From a virus (taxonomy: Duplodnaviria; Caudoviricetes): a stretch of DNA of 35,078 nucleotides. The notes under the pieces were generated by a model. That model searched no databases and was not told where the DNA came from. It saw only the letters and a list, made by a program, of their open reading frames with translations. The position numbers were made by a program, and so were the translations under genes. Where the stretch lies: positions 1-35,078 of IMG/VR virus record IMGVR_UViG_3300032218_002070, one strand, 5' to 3'. Below, piece after piece: positions 26,401-33,090 of this stretch (positions are counted from its first letter, which is position 1; each line of letters opens with the position of its first letter).

Positions 26401-28747
26401 AATCATATCCTGGATCATTAACTTTTAAATTAATAATCTTTCCTTTTAATTTTGGTAAAATTTTAATTTCTGGGTGCTCTACGCCATTATATGTAACTTT
26501 AAATTGAGGTGGATTATATAAATTATAATCGATTCCAGAATCTACTATATTAATAGAATCAATTGGACCATAATAAACTTTATCAAAAGATTTGTAATTG
26601 ATTATAGGAATGCCATTTTTAAAAATTCCTACTGATCCTGATACTGTAGTATCTTTTGTTTTTGTTGAAATTGGAGACTTAGGAAATTTTTTAAATAATT
26701 TTGAAGATTCATATTTATATCCATAGGCATTACTTGAATCTAATACAATTCTATTCAAATTATAAATTGTGCCATTACTAGAAATTTCTGAAAATGAAAC
26801 AAATCTATCATTAATTAAGTCATCTTTTGTTCTGCATAATGCTATTGAAGATTGATTAAATGTTTTTATATAATAAGTATTGCCAGTTTGAATTCCTGAA
26901 TACCCAGGAGTAGCATCAAAACTTACTACTGTTAATGCATCTCCCCAAGCATATGAATGTGTGGCAAGATTAGTATATGTAGGATCTACTGCATTTAAAA
27001 TATAAGTAGAACTGACAGCAAAATTTAATTTTGGATCTATTGGATCAATTTCATAATCTGGAAGACCATTAGATGTGATATAATTAAAATCATCATCTAC
27101 ATATGAATCTTGTATATTTGCAGTTAACTCCAATCCTTTGAATGAGGATTTCTTAAGTTTTCTTCTAAACAATATATTTTTGCCAAGAAGAAATTCTGGA
27201 TTGTCAATAGATTGAATTGGAATGCTAAAATCATATTGTGTAGTAACTGATACTGGAAGATCGCTAGAAATTAAACCATCTGTATTTTCAAAATACAAAT
27301 CAACTACATCACCATTAAGTAAATTATGTTTATACTTTGTAAGTGCTGATCCATTAGAAATTGAAAAACCTTCTTTTTGATTATTTCTAATTTCTGTAGT
27401 TAAGTTAGTAACACCAATTCCAGATGAAATATTGATAGGAAGATTATAAATTAAGGAATTTGAAAATTGAGATTCTTCTAAAGATCCAAAACTTTCAATT
27501 TGTATAGGGTCATTATCTATAGCATATAATAAATTTGAAGAATCAAGTTTTGATAAAACATTTAAAACTTTAAATTTGCAAATATTATTTGTTTCAGATT
27601 CATAACCATACACATAATGATCAGAAAATACTTTAGTTTTTCTTGCAATAGAAGATCCTACTCCAATTACTCCTAAAAATTGATTATTTGTTTTTTCTGA
27701 ATATTGTATAGTTAAATTTCCAATTTCTAAGGTTCCCCCTGTTTGAGCAAATCCAACAGTAGAATCTACAGTGATAGTTGAAGACCCTTGAGGTATTGTT
27801 TCTACAATATAACTATTTGGTGTATTTACAAATGTTCCTTCTATACTTCCTTTTTGATTTAAATTATTAGAATACCCTGAAAATAATTTAATTTTATAAA
27901 ATTGTTTTCCATTAATTGAAAATTTTTCTACATCATAAATTGATCCTTTTGATCCATCTGGTTGATATAAAGTTTGACCTTTAAGTTTTAAAGGATTTCC
28001 TTCTATTAATTCACAAACAAAACTTTCAGTTACTATCCACTTATCATCAGAGGGAGTAAAAGTATAATCATTTGGTTTTAAAATTTGAACTTGACTATTG
28101 TAAAGAACTTTAAATAATATTTTAAATGCTTCATCAGTTCCTTTAGTTTGATAAAAACTTTTTGCTTTACTAATAAAGTTTTGAGGATTGATGTTAGAAT
28201 CAAACTCCAATTCTTCAAATCCTGGAGTAAATTGATATTTTATTTTTCTAAAAAATTCTTTAAGAAAAAGATTACTTAAGTTATGAACAGTAGATTGTGA
28301 AGTATGCTCTGCGGATTCTGTCTGAGAAAATACTAAAAATTCTGGATTGTTTTCTTGTGTTAAAGATGAAATTCCACTGAATCCACGAATACATCCAGTA
28401 AATGAAGTAGATGTAATTCCAGTATAGGTAATGATTTCATCATCAATTTGCAAAAGTCCATACTGATTTGGCCAACCTGCAGTAGAACTTACATTAATAA
28501 CATCATCAAAAAATGCTACAGATGAAGTTAAAGTAGTTTCTGAAATTAAATTAGTATTATCAAAACTATCTACATTTTTATATTCTATTAAATTTTCTGC
28601 TAAATCAACATTAGAACCTTGAAATTCTTGAGAAATATAATATTGTTTAAAAAACTCTACAAAGTTTGGATTCTCAGAAAGAATAAACTCTGGAATTTGA
28701 TTTTCAACTATGTCACTAATTTTTACTACTTTCTTTTCTTGATTCAT
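20492..28747 (-). CDS. g7: Baseplate wedge initiator gp7-like giant protein
   Basis: 2751 aa directly after g6. N-terminal VKISDIVENQIPEFI..ENP.FVEFFKQYY.SQE, KSFYQTKGTDEAFKILFKVLY, and DNDYYQKFSYSLKS...W......L.H.AG.K.F, all typical of cyanophage gp7. Internal YHYH-like motifs. Confidence 0.85.
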   Translation of the reverse strand: MNQEKKVVKISDIVENQIPEFILSENPNFVEFFKQYYISQEFQGSNVDLAENLIEYKNVDSFDNTNLISETTLTSSVAFFDDVINVSSTAGWPNQYGLLQIDDEIITYTGITSTSFTGCIRGFSGISSLTQENNPEFLVFSQTESAEHTSQSTVHNLSNLFLKEFFRKIKYQFTPGFEELEFDSNINPQNFISKAKSFYQTKGTDEAFKILFKVLYNSQVQILKPNDYTFTPSDDKWIVTESFVCELIEGNPLKLKGQTLYQPDGSKGSIYDVEKFSINGKQFYKIKLFSGYSNNLNQKGSIEGTFVNTPNSYIVETIPQGSSTITVDSTVGFAQTGGTLEIGNLTIQYSEKTNNQFLGVIGVGSSIARKTKVFSDHYVYGYESETNNICKFKVLNVLSKLDSSNLLYAIDNDPIQIESFGSLEESQFSNSLIYNLPINISSGIGVTNLTTEIRNNQKEGFSISNGSALTKYKHNLLNGDVVDLYFENTDGLISSDLPVSVTTQYDFSIPIQSIDNPEFLLGKNILFRRKLKKSSFKGLELTANIQDSYVDDDFNYITSNGLPDYEIDPIDPKLNFAVSSTYILNAVDPTYTNLATHSYAWGDALTVVSFDATPGYSGIQTGNTYYIKTFNQSSIALCRTKDDLINDRFVSFSEISSNGTIYNLNRIVLDSSNAYGYKYESSKLFKKFPKSPISTKTKDTTVSGSVGIFKNGIPIINYKSFDKVYYGPIDSINIVDSGIDYNLYNPPQFKVTYNGVEHPEIKILPKLKGKIINLKVNDPGYDYVETPIVKIIGGNNDSVSTEVKMKNINREVYFNASTKSSEVDIYNDVFLFNSPHRFVTGEPVIYNTLGTSPIGIGTISADGYLSNQSVYYVYNVGAGTSMRLAYTKTDAINGSNLINLRTKGGGYQKFVSTIPKKVIDEVNITKNDKEFEYKKLSFIDTDINLQDNVIAIKNHEFKTGEAVVYTCEAVPGYPVYSIVGLEIGKKYYISKLDDNKVRLTNTPNGTDYLDLQAASNTTIYFLEYPKVEVQILGTTTISGVSTIGYDATIIPNISGSVVESKIQKNPLNDDVNFGYSNVLNYHNPPIITPIEGSGASFQALIVDGRINEVIVKNQGNDYYNSIELVVSGDGFGAVLNPTIVDGKITEVKIGNGGVGYNSNNTTIQVNVIGKNLKLTSNIKSWTVDEVNKLNLTSTSTRGKIFGKQYSLTGKTFGLLYLNDDLRTYLNISNTPDKHSPIIGWAYDGCPIYGPFAYQNTNGTGAIIRMRSGYTLQSQTPGPFLFVEEYSFTNAGTLDEHNGRFCITPEFPNGVYAYFCTFNESNIPEFPYVVGNTYNFKVESSNLDLTNNQNKDFNLLNIIKNTKPYRFQNTENNYEYFEYYPNKNKKDIIITNTSSGVVNEIKVIDGGTDYQIGDFVEFNNEGTSGKGVIAKVSELKGVEISSISAQINTLNLNNIVFTYDGQSLVGIASTYHSLRNNSYINISGVSSSLYNNINGLKSIFVPFPQTNLLVALSNASTTGILTSIQIKDSVSSTAYEIDSYLKINDEIVKIVGIDYKNNLINILRDASGTSHLSDAIVSSLPNKFYTLSQNLCPSFTNVNDVYYFNPLESVVIGTNTTVGIGSTLTINPLGQGIPYVKYVRTGGIYLPNNKFKNGDKITYSPGISSITTNLGYLNKISNLYVVKLEDDVVGLVTSKNNIANYNNPIVFTSSGTGNLHKFTTNKNVVTANVNSVSATVSTASTHGLSVNDTINLNVKSGLSTTYVVSYDGTTSRLIIDSRVNPFINLYRNDTVTFDLSSTTLSDTDFNLYTDDNLQNKYFANEDNFVEVSKTNSQLVLQITDKTPSILYYGLTSPTKVIYTNDLIFNHNKIAINNSLYNGNAFISTCTTNSFEIYLKTNPERLNYNTFSNLSYNIIDSSTIGPISKIQLVSKGLDYKKLPDITSIKSNNGTGATLIPLSNSIGKILNTKVNNTRFICPTDKTLKPLSNVFSSVSISDNFTVKELNIIFGGKNYTTPPKLKLYNQKNDTIISNFSALPILKNSSIDSIQIANPGYGLNSNDNQIISENNSNGFKIISATATITYPYTVTLTLQTPISGFSTSNPLPISIGDKIYVEGIESNFGPGFNSKNHSYQFFDVTYVDPSYGSQDAATIRYQLNSYPGDYDENNTYRAFVTPSSYLPQIEVVLDKNTFVSGEYVNDTYIIDNINNDPIKNLIKLKDSKNIQINDILNGFYSKSKGKVIEINSYNTKFKVDSSVSEIIGGKENRGYLSSNIQKLSDNDYYQKFSYSLKSKKDFSKWNSPISDLSHIAGYKKFSDLSIDSNISGFTTSITSVAYNKLNVLLSSYGDVNAVHDFDLVTEEDIDTTNKIYSQYLTFNSIKLGNSFKSTDNRVLSIDDISKLFTTEIINPKLLVDSINTLSSNVLKYQFFLSETSSFVGQFAYPEMFEVFITKNGDTYNLSSYSYFYDPSLYPNSIFGEFTVDVNPNDSNVLLLNFNVKNPFSTVDIKAIKEVVNVSVGVATTSFGYVKNVELTEQISSSGITTIYTIPSSECQSGIIFVGISSQGNAAERSFESTFVSNNGTVYINTYADNSAKDLGSLSITDDGSNVNIEYNGIPGIGVTVYSNFKLLTNTYAGYNSIQKSISLISSSQALSSGSGSVAISTVSGNYSYTKYVIEIEKTSGISTQRSICQLNSVHFKDYLNNIIYSEIGDLSIDQYSFDTVYDIMSNTYTLYFTPASSANYKLLIYETSLLCPN

Positions 28748-28748
28748 C

Positions 28749-30626
28749 TTAATTTCTTATTTTTGTTCCTGACAAATAACTTGATTCTGGTGTAAAGTTG
28801 CTTCCAGATGCATTCTCTCCAGATGAAATAAGGTCTTTTTCAACTGATATCATACTCTTGCCAATATCTAATATTAGATAAATTGATTTTTTAGCAATAA
28901 TATCATTTGATTCTGGAATTGCTTCAATTTCAATAATATTATTTGGTTTTAATGTAGAAGTTACAGTTATATTATCTATATTCAAAGTTCCAGTGCTATA
29001 ATTAATTAATCCAATATTATTAGATTTAATAACAATATTATTTTTGCTATCTATAGTGAAAAGGAATAATCTTCCAGTTTTCATATCAGTATTGGGACTA
29101 TCTGAAATATAAACTACATCACTTTGTCCTTTAACATAAAATCCTGTAGTTTTGATATTATATCCATCTGGATTTATATGGAATTTATTTTCAAAACAAA
29201 CATAATAATTAGTGGGAGAATTAATAAGTGCCCCCAAATTTCTTCTAATTTTGACTTTAGTAATGTTTGATGTAATAGATGTGCTAGTAGCATCTATTAT
29301 TCTTAATGCTTTACTATATTTGAATCTTCCACCAAATTTATTTAAGTCAGTTGACTGTGAATATGATGTTAATGAATTGGTAATTTGTGATTGTAAGTTG
29401 CTTACTGATCCAACATAATTGGAATTATAGTAAACAGTAGAATCAAGTTCAACATAAAGAGTATTAATATCTACAAATACTGGTTGAATACCTGCTACTG
29501 TATACTTTTTCAAAGAGTTTAATATAGATTCTTTGGTAGTTTCTGACAAATAATCTGAATTTTTTGGTTTTGCTGCAATAAAAACCTTTCCATATTGAGG
29601 TGGAGTTAATTCCTCCCCACCATATGCAGTGACTGATTCAATATTTGGGTAAATTGATGGCAAAAGTGCCTCATAATCACTTGCAGTTACTGCTCTATTC
29701 TGTGCAGAATACAATCTTGGAGCATAATATCTTACTGATTCAGTGCTTTGAATGTTATCTCCATTCTGAGAAGCAGTATTTGTGACAATAACGCCAATAT
29801 TTGCAGCAATTACTGCATCATTATTGTCTTTTATTGTTCCAGAGAAGGTAAAATTAGATGCTCCATTACCTGCTGGACCATTAGTAACAATATAAGAGAC
29901 ATTAACTTGGTTGGTATTGCTTAATTTTTTGCCAAAAATACCATCACCAAAGAAAATTTCATATTTTTCATCAGAAACTTCTTGAAGTAAGAAGATTTGT
30001 GATGTAGAATTGATACCTACTATGCTATCTACTGCACTATATTGCTCAATAGTTCCTCCAGCATTCACATTTACTCTAATTGTAGAGGTATCTACATAAG
30101 GATTTGGAATAATATATTTTTGATTTGGTTGTGAAGTATCTACTGTGAAAGTTTTTGTAAGATATGTTCCTTCATAAATGTCAACATTGGAGAAAATTGC
30201 TTCTTGATTAGCAACTCCAATAGTAACATCCTCTGGAATTGAAAAGATATAACTGGTATTATCTAAGTTACCTGTACACACCACTCCTGCCTTCAGAGTG
30301 GCAGTTTTAACTTGGGGGTTAATACCAGTCACGATGAATGAAATGTTTGCCTTGGATGCCCTTCTAGATAGGGGTACAAACCCAATATTCCTTGCCAGTG
30401 ATACTACATTCTCTCTAATGGTAGCACTGTCTAAGAATGCCTCATTCGCCACCATGTTGGTGTTATAGGCAGTCAGATAACTGTTATAAGCAAGTACATC
30501 AATCAGTATAGAAAAGTTAGAACCTTCAAAGTCAAAGTCTGTAAAGGTTGAATTTGCCCTCAGGTAATCTTTAATGGATGCTCTAATCTGATCAAAATCT
30601 AGATTAGTGAAATCTGTAAATGCCAT
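28749..30626 (-). CDS. g6: Baseplate wedge subunit gp6
   Basis: NLDFDQIR.SIKDYLR, FTDFDFEGSNFSILIDVLAYN, NEAFLDSAT.RENVVSLARNIG, FGDG.FG, QNRAVTASDY and YGGEEL.PPQYGKVFI. Confidence 0.96.
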   Translation of the reverse strand: MAFTDFTNLDFDQIRASIKDYLRANSTFTDFDFEGSNFSILIDVLAYNSYLTAYNTNMVANEAFLDSATIRENVVSLARNIGFVPLSRRASKANISFIVTGINPQVKTATLKAGVVCTGNLDNTSYIFSIPEDVTIGVANQEAIFSNVDIYEGTYLTKTFTVDTSQPNQKYIIPNPYVDTSTIRVNVNAGGTIEQYSAVDSIVGINSTSQIFLLQEVSDEKYEIFFGDGIFGKKLSNTNQVNVSYIVTNGPAGNGASNFTFSGTIKDNNDAVIAANIGVIVTNTASQNGDNIQSTESVRYYAPRLYSAQNRAVTASDYEALLPSIYPNIESVTAYGGEELTPPQYGKVFIAAKPKNSDYLSETTKESILNSLKKYTVAGIQPVFVDINTLYVELDSTVYYNSNYVGSVSNLQSQITNSLTSYSQSTDLNKFGGRFKYSKALRIIDATSTSITSNITKVKIRRNLGALINSPTNYYVCFENKFHINPDGYNIKTTGFYVKGQSDVVYISDSPNTDMKTGRLFLFTIDSKNNIVIKSNNIGLINYSTGTLNIDNITVTSTLKPNNIIEIEAIPESNDIIAKKSIYLILDIGKSMISVEKDLISSGENASGSNFTPESSYLSGTKIRN

Positions 30627-31030
30627 TAGTATCTAGTGGGTTGTAATATGAAATTGATTGCCTGAGTTGGAACAGCAAGTCCAACAATATCATAAGTTAT
30701 AGTGACATCTAGTTCATTATTTTCGGGATATACTGCAACATCAACAGATCTAACAGTGACTCTTGGTTCAAAGTTAGCAATAACGGTCTTAATCTCTTCT
30801 TGTAATGGATCTACAATACCACTATCTGCAAGTTCAAAAAAGTAATTTTCTACATTAGACCCTAAAAGAGAGTTGAAGAACCTTTCTCCAACTCTTGTTC
30901 TGACCAAATTAACTACTGATCGCTTAATTGCATCTTCATTATTAAGGGTGCCAATATCATTTGTCACAGGATGCCTTAGAAAAGACAAGCTGATATCTTT
31001 AAATCCTCTTGATATATTCTCTAAAGGCAC
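30626..31030 (-). CDS. g25: Baseplate wedge protein gp25
   Basis: GTG start; FKDISLSF..HPVTNDI, AIKRSV.NLV.T..GERFF and I.NFEPRV. TAATG overlap with g6. Confidence 0.95.
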   Translation of the reverse strand: MPLENISRGFKDISLSFLRHPVTNDIGTLNNEDAIKRSVVNLVRTRVGERFFNSLLGSNVENYFFELADSGIVDPLQEEIKTVIANFEPRVTVRSVDVAVYPENNELDVTITYDIVGLAVPTQAINFILQPTRY

Positions 31031-31055
31031 CTTTAACTACTTAATAAGTTACTTT

Positions 31056-31063
31056 TATTTATT
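31056..31063 (-). promoter_or_regulatory. Late promoter (AATAAATA) upstream of g25
   Basis: Overlaps the stop codon of the 81-aa ORF, 25 nt before the g25 GTG. Confidence 0.75.
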
Positions 31064-31304
31064 GAGGTTTTCCATAAACTGGTTCAGTACCATATTCCCA
31101 ATCATCATAATCTTCATCATTACGAATATTAGAATGAAGTTCTGCTTGTTCTTTCAAATGATGCTTATTTTTTGGAATATCATCATGCATAATTTCTTGA
31201 ATTGTTTTCTTTTCAAGTTTTACATTATAATCAGTAACCAAATTTGTGGTTCCCCACATCTGGTACATGTAATTTTTGTCTCTATCTACAGGTAAGTTAG
31301 ACAT
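31059..31304 (-). CDS. Hypothetical protein (81 aa, acidic C-terminus)
   Basis: Strong AGGAG SD. Sequence DRDKNYMYQMWGTTNLVTDY...IQEIMHD...EDYDDWEYGTEP resembles small cyanophage genes found before g25. Confidence 0.8.
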   Translation of the reverse strand: MSNLPVDRDKNYMYQMWGTTNLVTDYNVKLEKKTIQEIMHDDIPKNKHHLKEQAELHSNIRNDEDYDDWEYGTEPVYGKPQ

Positions 31305-31309
31305 TTTGC

Positions 31310-31355
31310 TCCTAATTCTATGTGAATTAGAACTTTTTACGGGGTTGCTATCCCG
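31310..31355 (-). promoter_or_regulatory. Two-hairpin element; the downstream hairpin sequesters the SD of the 81-aa gene
   Basis: Minus strand: CGGG-ATAGCAAC-CCCG TAAAAAG TTCTAATTC-ACATA-GAATTAGGA GCAAAATG. The 9-bp stem (one G-U pair) includes AGGA of the AGGAG SD. Confidence 0.5.
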
Positions 31356-31555
31356 AAATCTGCAATTTTGTCTCTATGAAGAGTTAAATTTTTCTGTATT
31401 CTAATGTCTGAGTTTTTAAAAGTCCAACAATATCCTCCATTATCTAGGAAGACAACCCACTCAAAATCATGTTCCTGTGATCTATCAATCAAAAAAAATG
31501 CCCAGCCTGAACCTTTAGGAGTCAGAACTGGGATTTGTGGGTTAAGTTGAAGCAT
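31337..31555 (-). CDS. Hypothetical protein (72 aa)
   Basis: MLQLNPQIPVLTPKGSGWAFFLIDRSQEHDFEWVVF; starts 2 nt after the upstream stop; globular-looking composition. Confidence 0.75.
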   Translation of the reverse strand: MLQLNPQIPVLTPKGSGWAFFLIDRSQEHDFEWVVFLDNGGYCWTFKNSDIRIQKNLTLHRDKIADFGIATP

Positions 31556-31557
31556 TA

Positions 31558-31698
31558 TCAGCCTTGACCTCTATAACGCTTCCTACGACCATTCCTAGAA
31601 GTGGCAGAAAGTTTAGTGTTTTGAGAACGACCTTGACGACTTTTCTTAGGAGTGCTCTCAATAATAACTTTGTTAGTCAATGATGGACGCTTTGCCAT
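31558..31698 (-). CDS. Small, highly basic protein (46 aa)
   Basis: Not in the ORF track. MAKRPSLTNKVIIESTPKKSRQGRSQNTKLSATSRNGRRKRYRGQG. GAGGA SD upstream; fills the gap between neighbouring genes. Confidence 0.85.
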   Translation of the reverse strand: MAKRPSLTNKVIIESTPKKSRQGRSQNTKLSATSRNGRRKRYRGQG

Positions 31699-31703
31699 AG
31701 TGT

Positions 31704-31874
31704 TTATTCCTCAATACTCACACATTCTACCACAAGGTCCTCTGGATTGGGAAGCCCTGTATCATAAAATTGTTGGGAAAGGTCATCCATGATCTCAAAC
31801 ATTTCCTTTTGAGAGAGGTTTTGATAGATGACCCTACCATTACAAAGAATTCTAAATGATTCTTGTTTTTTCAT
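31704..31874 (-). CDS. Hypothetical acidic protein (56 aa)
   Basis: Not in the ORF track. MKKQESFRILCNGRVIYQNLSQKEMFEIMDDLSQQFYDTGLPNPEDLVVECVSIEE; overlaps the 3' end of the glycosyltransferase-like gene. Confidence 0.75.
   Translation of the reverse strand: MKKQESFRILCNGRVIYQNLSQKEMFEIMDDLSQQFYDTGLPNPEDLVVECVSIEE
31724..31753 (-). promoter_or_regulatory. Possible sigma70-like promoter (TTCCCA-N18-TAGAAT, extended TGn) upstream of the 46-aa basic gene
   Basis: TG-G-TAGAAT extended -10, 25 nt before the ATG at 31698. The -35 is weak and the element lies inside a CDS. Confidence 0.3.
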
Positions 31875-32610
31875 GACCTACACGAACTTGTGGATGACAC
31901 CAAATTTCAAAACCACATTTTCTAGTAGCTTCAAGACAGAAGGAAACATCTTCCCCACACATATCCTGAACATCACCAGATTCAAAGACTTGCATTTGAG
32001 GTGCAAACCAAGGATACTTCATCTCAGGATGCTCAAAGACACCCTTCTTAATCAGAACCCAACCAAATCCAGTATAATCAACAGTAAATGGTTTCTTACG
32101 ATTTGAAATGGTATCAACCATCTCATGATTCATGACGCCACCATTTTTAGCAAAACTTTCTTCGTCTAACCAATGAGCAACTGATGTAGTCCTACCATCT
32201 TCTGTGGCATACCAACCTGCAGCAATATCTTTATCCATATTAAAGATTGCCCAGAAGGCATCTGTATTGAATACAATGTCACTATCAATCCAAAGTTGGT
32301 AATCATAGTTTAACTTGCCTTGCCAGGGCACCTGATCAGGTCCTGCAAGCACATTAGCACCAAGTACCTTACATCTTGCAAAGTTCACCATAGAACTATA
32401 GTCCTGGCTGATTTGAATACTTGCACCTGCCTGTACAAGATCAAAACAAAGTTGAACAAAACTTTTTAGAAATGTATATGATACTCCACGTCCTGGTAGA
32501 CAAAATACAATACTTTTACCTCTAATTCTTTCTAAGCAAGCTTCCTTATCAAACAATAGTTGTGGTTGTTCTTCAGGTGTTTTTGCTTTTACAGTAAATC
32601 CTTTTGCCAT
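31852..32610 (-). CDS. GT-A fold (GT2-like) glycosyltransferase-like protein
   Basis: IVFCLPG, VNFARC, YDYQLWIDSDIVF (DxD), GFGWVLIKKGVFE, GEDVSFC and terminal VGHEK, the signature order of GT-A enzymes. Confidence 0.75.
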   Translation of the reverse strand: MAKGFTVKAKTPEEQPQLLFDKEACLERIRGKSIVFCLPGRGVSYTFLKSFVQLCFDLVQAGASIQISQDYSSMVNFARCKVLGANVLAGPDQVPWQGKLNYDYQLWIDSDIVFNTDAFWAIFNMDKDIAAGWYATEDGRTTSVAHWLDEESFAKNGGVMNHEMVDTISNRKKPFTVDYTGFGWVLIKKGVFEHPEMKYPWFAPQMQVFESGDVQDMCGEDVSFCLEATRKCGFEIWCHPQVRVGHEKTRII

Positions 32611-32646
32611 AAAATTTTCAAATTTGATTATGTACGTACCATTTCA

Positions 32647-32675
32647 ATGATACTACCTTATTTATCTTAAGTCAA
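32647..32675 (-). promoter_or_regulatory. Nested promoters: sigma70-like TTGACT-N17-TATCAT with late GATAAATA (32659-32666) in the spacer
   Basis: Minus strand TTGACT TAAGATAAATAAGGTAG TATCAT, in the intergenic region before the GT-like gene. Confidence 0.7.
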
Positions 32676-32724
32676 TTGAGAGAGATATTGTTAGAGACAA
32701 AGCGCCACAAACCGCCATAAAACC

Positions 32725-33090
32725 TCACAAAATCTCATCATCATCAATAAGATCTCTAAGTTCTTCCATAACCTCATCCATAGAATATGTTTTGACCTTA
32801 CCAGTTTCTACATCTTCTGCCATTTGCATCAGATATTCCAGAAACTCTTTGGGATAAACATCATCTTCATTGAGTGATGCCCAGAACCATTCAATACATT
32901 CTGATTGTGGGTCATCTTTTCTAAGGAGTGCATAACCTTTATAATTACTTCCCATCAGGTCTGCCCAGATACGATAATTACTTCTAATACTCTGCCACCC
33001 TGTCATCCAACAGTGACCAATCCAATACTCAAACCAATTGAGTGTAGTCTTATTTTTATCAGTTGCTAATAGTGCTTTAGAATAAGTCAT
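32725..33090 (-). CDS. Hypothetical protein (121 aa, Trp-rich)
   Basis: GGAGG SD and ATGA overlap with the upstream 53-aa ORF. Confidence 0.8.
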   Translation of the reverse strand: MTYSKALLATDKNKTTLNWFEYWIGHCWMTGWQSIRSNYRIWADLMGSNYKGYALLRKDDPQSECIEWFWASLNEDDVYPKEFLEYLMQMAEDVETGKVKTYSMDEVMEELRDLIDDDEIL

